Positions 24,449 through 32,000 of a stretch of 32,000 nt of DNA are shown piece after piece. The stretch lies in NCBI RefSeq assembly GCF_000018785.1, contig NC_010163.1:210001-242000 (forward strand), read 5' to 3'. How positions within the stretch are numbered: position 1 is the stretch's first letter; each line of letters begins with the position of its first letter. Position numbers and translations under genes: made by a program. Source of the stretch: Acholeplasma laidlawii PG-8A (GTDB taxonomy: Bacteria > Bacillota_I > Bacilli_A > Acholeplasmatales > Acholeplasmataceae). The notes under the pieces are model-generated. The model saw only the letters and a list, made by a program, of their open reading frames with translations. It ran no database searches and was not told where the DNA came from.

Positions 24449-24477
24449 TTGAATATATTTCGAATTCGTAATATTAT
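24449..24477 (+). promoter_or_regulatory. candidate sigma-A promoter (TTGAAT-17-TATTAT) with embedded 20-bp palindrome
   Basis: -35 TTGAAT at 24449-24454 and -10 TATTAT at 24472-24477. The spacer and -10 carry ATATTTCGAATTCGTAATAT (24455-24474), with 9 of 10 palindromic pairs. Confidence 0.5.
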
Positions 24478-24516
24478 AGATGCATAACATTAGATTATGA
24501 AGGAGAAACAAAAACT

Positions 24517-25095
24517 ATGAGTTTAAAAATAGGTATTATTATTGCTTCTGTTAGAGAAGGAAGAAATGGAAAAGTTGTTGCTGATTGGGTTTTAGAAAAT
24601 GGTCAAAAAAGAAATGACAAAGATGTTACTTATGAATTAGTAGATTTAAAATCATTTGATTTACCACTATTAGGTGCTACACCAACTGAAAGTCAAGGAA
24701 TTGCTTTAAAAAACTGGAGCGAAACAATGGCTTCATATGATGGCTACATCTTAGTAACACCAGAATACAACCACCTTGTACCAGGTGCTTTAGTGAATGC
24801 ATTTAACTTTTTAAATGCTGAAGTTAACAATAAAGCATTAGCATTCGTAGGATATGGCTTCTTAGGAGCTGCTCGTGGTATTGTAGGCTTTAGAGCACAC
24901 TTAGCATATCAACAAATTGCTATGACACAACAACAAATCAACATTTCATTCGTATCAGACTTTAAAAATGCAATGACACCTGAACAAGAATTTGCACCAG
25001 GCGCATGGCATACTCCAGAACTAGAAGCGTTATTTACACAATTACTAGGCTGGTCAAAAGCATTAAAAGCTTTACGTAACGGCGAAATTAAATAA
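24517..25095 (+). CDS. NAD(P)H-dependent FMN reductase family oxidoreductase
   Basis: Flavodoxin-like fold pattern: IGIIIASVREGRNG, then TPEYNH. GAAGGAG SD. Confidence 0.8.
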   Translation: MSLKIGIIIASVREGRNGKVVADWVLENGQKRNDKDVTYELVDLKSFDLPLLGATPTESQGIALKNWSETMASYDGYILVTPEYNHLVPGALVNAFNFLNAEVNNKALAFVGYGFLGAARGIVGFRAHLAYQQIAMTQQQINISFVSDFKNAMTPEQEFAPGAWHTPELEALFTQLLGWSKALKALRNGEIK

Positions 25096-25106
25096 TTAAT
25101 ATACTA

Positions 25107-25143
25107 AAAAAACGAATCCTAAAATTTCAAGGATTCGTTTTTT
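25107..25143. terminator. bidirectional intrinsic terminator
   Basis: 14-bp stem AAAAAACGAATCCT / AGGATTCGTTTTTT with a 9-nt loop. It lies between convergent genes and overlaps the minus-strand stop codon 25142-25144. Confidence 0.8.
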
Positions 25144-25483
25144 ATAGATGAAGTGAGGTTTTAATTATTTTTTCTATAAGCATGAGATCTAGTGGTTTAT
25201 CTAGTGGAAACTGGATAGTGCCCTTAGATACTTTGTAGGACTGTAACGGTTCTTTGTAAAGCTTAATCACATCCGATATTGGTCCATAGATACCGACGTG
25301 ATTAGCAAATCCTCCAATATAGCATGTATATCCATTCACTTTATAAGCTAATAATCCGTATGCTGAGTACTCATGAATATCTTTGTTTAAATTCAATATA
25401 AGTGAACGTATTGTTTCGACATATTTAAGAGATTTACCACTTAAACTATTTAAATAACTTTCTACAGATTCAAACTTTGCCAC
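25142..25483 (-). CDS. DUF1801 (YdhG-like) domain protein
   Basis: FESVESYLNS... and the C-terminal KGTIQFPLDKPL are typical of DUF1801. GTG 25483 is preceded by SD AAAGAGGTG with a 6-nt spacer. The upstream in-frame ATG 25507 has no SD. Confidence 0.7.
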   Translation of the reverse strand: MAKFESVESYLNSLSGKSLKYVETIRSLILNLNKDIHEYSAYGLLAYKVNGYTCYIGGFANHVGIYGPISDVIKLYKEPLQSYKVSKGTIQFPLDKPLDLMLIEKIIKTSLHL

Positions 25484-25532
25484 AAAAACCACCTCTTTTA
25501 CTGACATATTACCATATTTTATAAAAGTATAT

Positions 25533-25563
25533 AAAAAAACTCCTTTGGATTAAAAAGGAGTTT
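25533..25563 (-). terminator. intrinsic terminator after the lactonase gene
   Basis: 10-bp stem AAACTCCTTT / AAAGGAGTTT with a 7-nt loop. On the minus strand it is followed by a T-run. Confidence 0.7.
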
Positions 25564-25570
25564 ATATATA

Positions 25571-26494
25571 TTATGTAGTAAATACGATACAGCTTGGTTC
25601 TGGAACATTTATAGTTTTTAAAAACTTAAGTGCACCTGTTTCTTGATTTCTTTCAAAGATAGCAACATTATTTGAATGCATATTACCTACTACTAAATGA
25701 GATTCATCTAATGAGATATTAAAATCTCTTGGATGTTTACCATTTGTATTATAAATTCGTTTTTGACGTAATGAACCGTCTTCTAAAACTTCAAAGTGTG
25801 TAATCGCATCAAAGCCTCTATTAGAAACATATAAGTGTTTACCGTTTTCTGTAATACGGATTGCAGCACCACTAATACCTTGAAAATTTTTATCTAAGGT
25901 TTTATATTTCTTAACAAAATCTAATTTTTCATTGAATACATAGATTTCACGTGAGTGTTCTGTTAAACAATAAACAAAGCCTTTATCAGATACAACCAAG
26001 TGTCTTGGTCCTACACCTTTATGAAGCGTTAAATCTTTTTTAGGTACTAACTTTAAGTCTTGACCGATTGTATAAGTAAAAATTGTATCTAAACCTAAAT
26101 CACATACAAATAATGTTTGGCTAGCACTATCATAGTATGCTTGGTGTGCATGAGAACCAGTCGGATAAATCATTGTTTGAATCTTTTTGGTCAATGTACC
26201 ATCAAATTTATAAGTAGAGATTTGGCCAGCATGATAGTTTGCTGTAAAAATCATTTCTAACGACGGTTCATAAAATAAATGACAAGGACTGCTATATTCA
26301 GAGTGATCTTCATAAATTAAAGTTTCACCTTGATAAATTTCAATACCACCGTGTGCTAATGTAAATAAATAACCATCTTGAACTGTAAAATAGGTAGGGT
26401 TGAATAATTTTTGATGTAAAGAAACTTTGCCCTCATCGACTAAATATATACCCTCTGAAGTGTTTCTTGTATAAGTTCCAACTAAAAATTTCAT
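25571..26494 (-). CDS. lactonase family protein (7-bladed beta-propeller, 6-phosphogluconolactonase-like)
   Basis: Repetitive beta-strand-rich sequence with an N-terminus VGTYT.. and GPRH, as in the YbhE/Pgl-type lactonase family. ATG 26494 has a GAGGA SD 5 nt upstream. Confidence 0.7.
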   Translation of the reverse strand: MKFLVGTYTRNTSEGIYLVDEGKVSLHQKLFNPTYFTVQDGYLFTLAHGGIEIYQGETLIYEDHSEYSSPCHLFYEPSLEMIFTANYHAGQISTYKFDGTLTKKIQTMIYPTGSHAHQAYYDSASQTLFVCDLGLDTIFTYTIGQDLKLVPKKDLTLHKGVGPRHLVVSDKGFVYCLTEHSREIYVFNEKLDFVKKYKTLDKNFQGISGAAIRITENGKHLYVSNRGFDAITHFEVLEDGSLRQKRIYNTNGKHPRDFNISLDESHLVVGNMHSNNVAIFERNQETGALKFLKTINVPEPSCIVFTT

Positions 26495-26629
26495 AATCAT
26501 CCTCAACTTTCAACAACTATTATATCATGTATTTCATAGTGGATAAACACTATAAATTCGTAATATTTTTATAAATACTTTGAACTTAAAACTTTTGTGA
26601 TATCAAAACACTATACAAAAGATTTTTTA

Positions 26630-26638
26630 TGATATAAT
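26630..26638 (+). promoter_or_regulatory. candidate extended -10 promoter (TGaTATAAT) for acpP
   Basis: TGATATAAT lies 40 nt upstream of the acpP ATG. A GTAGGAGG SD follows. Confidence 0.4.
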
Positions 26639-26677
26639 TAACTGTACAAATTAGGAAAACTGTAGGAGGTTTTTAAT

Positions 26678-26908
26678 ATGGATATTTTTGATAAAGTCAA
26701 AGGACTTATCGTTGATGAACTTGCAGTAGATGCATCTTTAGTAAATCCTGATGCTAGATTAGTAGAAGATTTAGGTGCAGATTCAATCGATGCTGTAGAG
26801 TTAATCATGACTGTAGAAGACGCATTCTCAATTGAAATTTCAGACGAAGTTCTACAAAATATCAAAACTGTGAATGATTTGGTTTCATATATCAAAGACA
26901 ATCAATAG
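26678..26908 (+). CDS. acpP: acyl carrier protein
   Basis: 76-aa acidic four-helix protein with the phosphopantetheine site LGADSIDAVEL. Strong SD (GGAGG). Confidence 0.92.
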   Translation: MDIFDKVKGLIVDELAVDASLVNPDARLVEDLGADSIDAVELIMTVEDAFSIEISDEVLQNIKTVNDLVSYIKDNQ

Positions 26909-26916
26909 TAAAAATT

Positions 26917-26943
26917 ATCTCCTCTATAGAGGGGATTTTTTTT
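26917..26943 (+). terminator. intrinsic terminator after acpP
   Basis: Stem ATCTCCTC / GAGGGGAT (one G-U) with loop TATA, followed by T8. Confidence 0.8.
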
Positions 26944-26946
26944 GCA

Positions 26947-26975
26947 TTGAAAAAAGTCCTAGAATTGTATATAAT
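26947..26975 (+). promoter_or_regulatory. candidate sigma-A promoter for leuS (TTGAAA-17-TATAAT)
   Basis: -35 TTGAAA at 26947-26952, a 17-nt spacer, and -10 TATAAT at 26970-26975. It lies about 25 nt upstream of the leuS ATG. Confidence 0.55.
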
Positions 26976-27000
26976 AGAGTGAATGAGTGAGGTTAAAAAT

Positions 27001-29412
27001 ATGCATAAATATGAACACAGAAAAATAGAAGAAAAATGGCAAAAACATTGGTTAGACAATAAGTTGTTTAAAACCAAAAACGATAGATTTCATCAGAAAT
27101 ACTATGTTTTAGATATGTTTCCATACCCTTCGGCCTCAGGACTACATGTAGGGCACATTGAAGGATATACAGCAACAGATATCGTGTCACGTTTTAAACG
27201 TATGCAAGGATATAATGTATTACATCCAATGGGATGGGATGCATATGGGTTACCTTCTGAGCAATATGCGCTCGCAACCGGAAAAGATCCAAAATCTTTC
27301 ACATACCAAAATATTAGTAATTTCAAAAGACAAATTATTGAAATGGGTAAAGGTGTAGATTGGGATAAAGAGCTAGCTACAACAGACCCTGAGTATTTTA
27401 AATGGACTCAGTGGATTTTTAAACGCCTTTATGAGAAGGGTTTAGCGGTCTTAAAAGATGTTGAAGTCAACTGGTGTGAAGGTTTAGGTACAGTACTTGC
27501 TAATGATGAAATTGAAATCATTAATGGACAAATGGTATCCGAACGCGGACATTACCCAGTTATTAAAAAACCAATGCGTCAATGGGTATTAAGAATCACT
27601 GAGTATGCAGATCGACTACTTGATGATCTTGCTTTAGTGGATTGGCCTGAAAACCTAAAAGAAATGCAACGCAACTGGATTGGTAAATCCAGTGGTGCCG
27701 TGATTGAATTTGAAGTGGCATCCACAGATTATAAATTTGAAATATTTACTACAAGACCTGATACTATCTACGGTGTGACTTACTGTGTACTTTCCCCAGA
27801 ACACCCACTAGTAGAAAAAATTGTGACTCAAGATGAAGAAAAAGATGTATTAAGATACATTGAACAAACTAAAATGAAGTCAGATTTAGATCGTATTGCA
27901 GATAAATCTAAAACAGGTGTGTTTACTGGTGCTTTTGCAAAACACCCACTAACAAACCAATTAATTCCAATTTGGATTGGTGACTATGTACTACCTCAAT
28001 ATGGGATGGGCGCTGTTATGGCAGTACCAGCACATGATGATAGAGACTATGAGTTTGCTATGCAATATGGTTTAAACATTATTGAAGTTATTAAAGGTGG
28101 TAGCGAAGGTGCTTATACTGGAGACGGTATCCATCATCACTCAGGCATTATTGATGGTTTATATAATGAAGAAGCTATTGAAAAAATAACTAAACATTTA
28201 GAAGATCGCAAAAAAGGGTACAAACACTACACTTATAAGTTAAGAGACTGGGTATTTAGTCGTCAAAGATATTGGGGTGAACCATTCCCTGTAATTTATG
28301 ATGAAGATGGACAAATTCATTTAGTACCAGATGATGAATTACCACTAGAATTACCTTATCTTGAATTTATAAAACCAAGTGGAACAGGTGAATCACCACT
28401 AGCTAACGCACGTGATTGGTTATATGTAGATATCAACGGTAAAAAAGGTAGACGTGATACCAACACCATGCCACAACTAGCAGGTTCAAGCTGGTATTAT
28501 ATTGGCTACATCCTAAAATCTAATTTAGGTTATATCCCACTTGACTCTAAGGAAGCTAAAGCAGTACTTGATCAGTTCTTACCAGTCGATCTTTATGTTG
28601 GTGGAACAGAACATGCAGTAGGTCACTTACTTTATGCAAGATTCTGGCATAAATTCTTCTATGACCTAGGTTTTGTAAGTTCTAAAGAACCTTTCATGAA
28701 ACTTGTAAACCAAGGTATGATTTTAGGTGCTGACCACTCTAAGATGAGTAAATCAAAAGGAAATAGTGTCTCACCCGATGACTTTATTCAAAGTCATGGT
28801 GCAGATGCACTAAGACTATTTGAAATGTTTATGGGACCTTTAGAAGCTGAAAAACCTTGGAGTAATGAAGGACTAGAGGGTGCAAAACGTTTCTTAGACC
28901 GTGTTTGGCGAATGTTTGATTTTGAAATCACACAACAACCAGTAGATGCGCTTCAAACGGTTTATCACCAAACAGTCAAAAAAGTTACAGAAGATTATGA
29001 AAAGTTAGCATTTAATACTGCAATCTCACAAATGATGATCTTTGTTAATGAAGTTTATAAGACTAAAGTAATTGGTGCAGCTCAAGCAAGAGGATTCTTA
29101 AAATTATTAAATCCAATTGCACCACACTTAACAGAAGAAATTAATGAGACTGTGTTAAAACATCATGAAGATTTAGTTTATTCTGAATGGCCAACCTATG
29201 ATGAATCATTCTTAATTGAAACTGAAGTTGAAGTCGCTATCCAAGTAAACGGAAAACTACGTGGTAGACTTCAAGTGAAAAAAGATATGGTCGAAGAAGA
29301 TCTTAAAAAGTTAGCACTTGAACATGAAAATGTCATCAAGCATGTTGAAGGATTAACAATTGTTAAAGTTATTGTTATACCAAATAAGATTGTAAATATC
29401 GTCGTAAGATAA
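27001..29412 (+). CDS. leuS: leucine--tRNA ligase
   Basis: Class-I signatures HVGH ([10 protein letters not shown]) and KMSKS, plus a CP1 editing domain. The N-terminus [17 protein letters not shown] aligns with typical LeuS starts. GTGAGG SD 8 nt upstream of ATG 27001, whereas the ORF-track 26983 has no SD. Confidence 0.95.
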
Positions 29413-29425
29413 AATAAATAAAGTG

Positions 29426-29475
29426 TGCTTCTATTTAAAATCATATTAAGTGATATGAATAGAAGCACTTTTTTA
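29426..29475 (+). terminator. intrinsic terminator after leuS
   Basis: 11-bp stem GTGCTTCTATT / AATAGAAGCAC with a 22-nt loop, followed by T6. Confidence 0.65.
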
Positions 29476-29545
29476 TTATATGAAATATAAAAAAATAAAT
29501 TTTATAAAGTATAATAGATTTAAAACATAGAGTAAGGGGATTCGT

Positions 29546-30073
29546 ATGGCAAAATTTATATTAATTAGACACGCAGAACCAAGATATGATGAAGTAGACG
29601 AAAGAGGCTACTTTGGCATGGGACATGACTTAGGCAGATTAACTGTTAACGGTGAGCAACAAGCAGAATTTAGAGGTCAAGATGAGACGTTATTAGGTGC
29701 TGACATCATTATTTCATCACCTTACACGAGAGCACTTCAAACTGCTGCTACAATCTCAAGGATAACAAACATTAAGTTAGTCGTGGAAAATGACTTGCAC
29801 GAATGGATGCCAGATATGACGCACAAATTTCAAATTGATGATTTTAGAAAACTTTACCAGGAATATCGTGATTCAAAAGGTATAAGGAATGAAACTACCG
29901 TGTATCACTGGGAAACTTATGAACACTTAAAATCTAGGTTATTTAATGTTTTAGATAAGTACAAACATCTAGATAAAGTGATTGTAGTATGTCATGGACT
30001 TATCATGTCAGCCGCAAGTGATTTTGAACAATTATTTGATTTTGTAGAAAAATTGGAAATTGATTATAAATAA
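29546..30073 (+). CDS. histidine phosphatase (phosphoglycerate mutase-like) family protein
   Basis: N-terminal LIRHAEP catalytic RH motif, SSPYTRALQTA, and a late CHG motif. AAGGGGA SD. Confidence 0.8.
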   Translation: MAKFILIRHAEPRYDEVDERGYFGMGHDLGRLTVNGEQQAEFRGQDETLLGADIIISSPYTRALQTAATISRITNIKLVVENDLHEWMPDMTHKFQIDDFRKLYQEYRDSKGIRNETTVYHWETYEHLKSRLFNVLDKYKHLDKVIVVCHGLIMSAASDFEQLFDFVEKLEIDYK

Positions 30074-30084
30074 TAAGATAAAAA

Positions 30085-30116
30085 ATAGAGACAATTTAAT
30101 CGTCTCTGTTTTTTAT
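30085..30116. terminator. bidirectional intrinsic terminator
   Basis: Stem ATAGAGAC / GTCTCTGT with a 9-nt loop, A5 upstream and T6 downstream. It lies between convergent genes. Confidence 0.7.
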
Positions 30117-30127
30117 AATGTATGTAT

Positions 30128-30652
30128 TTAGTATGTATAAAAATAAATTAGCGGTGCATCTTTTTTTGTAATATGAGGAAGTCTTATGACTTCATACTTA
30201 ATATCTTGTTTATCTAAAAAAGATTGTAGAGCGACTTGTTCAATTATGCCTTCAGTATGGCCTGGGTAAGCAACAATCAAGACAAATCCTTGATTTTTTT
30301 CATGTAAGGATTTTAAAGTGTTTACAGTAGATATGTGGTGAGTAGTAATACTTTTATCACCTTTTGGTAGGTAACCCAGATTAAAGATGACACCATCATA
30401 ATTTGAGATGAGTTTTGTTATATGTTCATGTGATGTATGATGGTATGTAATATTGTCTAAATCTTTCGTGAGAGATCTAGTATTATCTAGTGCCTCTTGT
30501 TGAATATCAAATGCATGTACATGTTCTACTCTAGATGCCAAAAACAAAGTATCATGACCATTACCACAGGTAGCATCAACAATCGTCATATGTGGTTTAA
30601 TATGTTTTAATAAGATATTGTGTGCGAGATCAATTACGTTTGCTTTCTTCAT
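30128..30652 (-). CDS. mnmM: class I SAM-dependent methyltransferase, YtqB/MnmM-like
   Basis: SAM motif VDATCGNGHDTLFLA. The ~170-aa size and 23-nt overlap with the upstream TIGR01212-type radical SAM gene reproduce the Bacillus ytqA-ytqB pair. The functional name is by analogy only. Confidence 0.6.
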   Translation of the reverse strand: MKKANVIDLAHNILLKHIKPHMTIVDATCGNGHDTLFLASRVEHVHAFDIQQEALDNTRSLTKDLDNITYHHTSHEHITKLISNYDGVIFNLGYLPKGDKSITTHHISTVNTLKSLHEKNQGFVLIVAYPGHTEGIIEQVALQSFLDKQDIKYEVIRLPHITKKDAPLIYFYTY

Positions 30653-31574
30653 AGTAAGCTCCTTGAAATAGCCCTAATTTTCTTAATCGCTTATCAATTT
30701 CATTAGAAACAACAAACTTCTTTTTTGTCCAAAGTGGCGCGATTAACATCTCTTCTGGTGCATCACCAGTGACACGGTGAACAATGATATCCGGTCTTAA
30801 CCAAAGAAGTTGGTCAGTTGTAATATCAACATACTCTTCAAGTGTTAATAACTCCCAAGGGTTTTGTATGTAATCATAACCCATCTTTGTTTTTTCCATT
30901 AAGTGAAGCATATGGATTTTAATGCCTTGAATAGGTAGCGTATTTAAGTGTTTAACAGTATCTAACATCATCTTTTTATCTTCTGTTGGAAGACCGTTAA
31001 TAATGTGTACAACCACTTCAATACCACGTTTATGTAACCTTAAAACCGCATCATCAAAGGTTTTTAGGTCGTGAGCACGATTGATCAAATCACTAGTAGA
31101 CTGGTGTATCGTTTGAAGTCCTAGTTCCACTTGAACAGGCATTCTAGTATTTAGTTCTTCTAAGTAATCTAAAACATCCTCAGGTAATGAATCAGGTCTA
31201 GTACCTAGTGATATCATCACGATTTTTGGATCAAGTGTAATTGCTTCTTCATAAATTTCTTTTAATCTAGGAAGTGGTGCATGGGTGTTTGTGTTTGCTT
31301 GGAAGTAGGCAATGTATAAGCCGTCTTTCCATTTTTTATGCATTTGTTGTTTGATGTTTTCAAACTGCACTTTTAAAGAATCTCTTTTATCTCCGGCAAA
31401 GTCACCTGAACCCATCCAAGAACAAAAGGTGCATCCACCGGATGCAACTGTTCCATCAATGTTTGGGCAAGTAAAGCCTGCGTTTAAAGCAACTTTAAAC
31501 ACTTTTTGATTATAAGTTTTTCTGTAATAATTATTTAATGTGTTGTAATGTTTTTCTTTTGTTAGTAAGTTCAT
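30630..31574 (-). CDS. ytqA: radical SAM protein, TIGR01212 (YtqA/MnmL-like) family
   Basis: N-terminal cluster motif CPNIDGTVASGGCTFCS and a TIM-barrel-like remainder of 314 aa. Confidence 0.8.
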   Translation of the reverse strand: MNLLTKEKHYNTLNNYYRKTYNQKVFKVALNAGFTCPNIDGTVASGGCTFCSWMGSGDFAGDKRDSLKVQFENIKQQMHKKWKDGLYIAYFQANTNTHAPLPRLKEIYEEAITLDPKIVMISLGTRPDSLPEDVLDYLEELNTRMPVQVELGLQTIHQSTSDLINRAHDLKTFDDAVLRLHKRGIEVVVHIINGLPTEDKKMMLDTVKHLNTLPIQGIKIHMLHLMEKTKMGYDYIQNPWELLTLEEYVDITTDQLLWLRPDIIVHRVTGDAPEEMLIAPLWTKKKFVVSNEIDKRLRKLGLFQGAYYEESKRN

Positions 31575-31646
31575 AGTTTCACCAATATTAATTTTATCAT
31601 AACTGTCCTATTATGTTATAATAATTTAAGAAGGAAGTATAACAAT

Positions 31647-32000
31647 ATGTACCAAAGATTTAAAAGAGCTCTGTTAATACCAAGTGAATTATACTTATAC
31701 CTAAAAGACTCATGGCTAAATGTTTGGGTTTACTTTTTTTTAATGCTCATGCTTACTGCACTACCTTTTATGATGATAAGCTGGGCAAACAATGGATTTA
31801 GTGATCGTAATAAAATAGAAATTAAAGATCAATTTGTTGAAAAACTAAGTGGAACTCACATCATAGTAGATGGTGAACTGATCGTTGAACAAGCATTTTT
31901 AAATCAAGATAAATACATGAATATAGATATCTATACGATTGGTATTGTCAATACACCAACAAGTCCAGAATACCAAGGTATTCGCATCATTTTAGTCAAA
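31647..32000 (+). CDS. membrane protein, N-terminal fragment (3' end outside window); tentatively DUF1189-like
   Basis: It is not in the ORF track because it runs off the window. ATG 31647 is preceded by a GAAGGAAG SD and a TGTTATAAT extended -10. 118 codons are open to the window edge. The N-terminus MYQRFKRALLIPSELYLYLKDSW is followed by a TM helix. The family call is weak. Confidence 0.55.
   Translation, partial: MYQRFKRALLIPSELYLYLKDSWLNVWVYFFLMLMLTALPFMMISWANNGFSDRNKIEIKDQFVEKLSGTHIIVDGELIVEQAFLNQDKYMNIDIYTIGIVNTPTSPEYQGIRIILVK

Noticed and set aside
26944-27000. I looked for a T-box leader upstream of leuS, which is common for aminoacyl-tRNA synthetase genes in Firmicutes.
   Set aside because: Only about 57 nt separate the acpP terminator from the leuS ATG, and a TTGAAA-17-TATAAT promoter occupies most of it. 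That is too short for a T-box, and no specifier or T-box sequence is visible.
1-32000. Scan for tRNA or rRNA genes, CRISPR repeat-spacer arrays, IS or transposase and integrase genes, toxin-antitoxin pairs, and in-frame TGA codons that would indicate code 4.
   Set aside because: None found by eye. There are no regularly spaced direct repeats, no GC-rich structured RNA islands and no recombinase-like ORFs. TGA terminates several well-defined genes. A covariance-model scan (Infernal/Rfam, tRNAscan-SE) would be the decisive check, and I cannot run it.

Overview
Very AT-rich, gene-dense chromosomal window. It holds 29 conventional protein genes, two of them cut by the window edges. I saw no rRNA, tRNA, CRISPR array or transposase.

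Most of the content is housekeeping:
- a translationally coupled shikimate/chorismate operon (aroB'-aroA-chorismate mutase-aroE-aroC) that ends in an ArAE-type membrane exporter
- divergent class-II HMG-CoA reductase and HMG-CoA synthase (mevalonate pathway)
- recG, then a coupled plsX-rnc-dnaD-nth string
- flavodoxin, dnaE, an M29 aminopeptidase, an FMN reductase, a DUF1801 protein and a beta-propeller lactonase
- an orphan acpP, leuS, a histidine phosphatase and a ytqA/ytqB-type radical-SAM/methyltransferase pair

TGA is used as a stop (1710-1712, 10417-10419, 11069-11071) and Trp is TGG, so the standard bacterial code applies. With the Bacillus-like synteny and AT-richness, this suggests a low-GC Firmicutes/Mollicutes lineage that keeps code 11 (Acholeplasma-like). 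That is an inference, not a database result.

The least ordinary stretch is about 12.3-19.7 kb. It contains, in order:
- an XRE-HTH regulator with a long helical-repeat (RNPP/Rgg-like) C-terminal domain
- an unannotated 15-codon ORF with a consensus SD
- a hairpin/terminator leader
- an asymmetric heterodimeric ABC exporter pair (one degenerate ATP site)
- a terminator-like hairpin that base-pairs the SD and AUG of the next gene
- a 688-aa membrane-anchored protein built from about 8 tandem Ig-like (DUF5011-type) repeats

I propose this as either a peptide-signalling cassette or a bmrBCD-like leader-peptide attenuator. The two hypotheses compete and both are untested. A second unannotated small ORF (21 codons, Lys/Pro/Ala-rich, good SD, own terminator) lies in the unusually long mvaS-recG spacer. 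Several ORF-track starts appear too long and were trimmed on SD and homology grounds.
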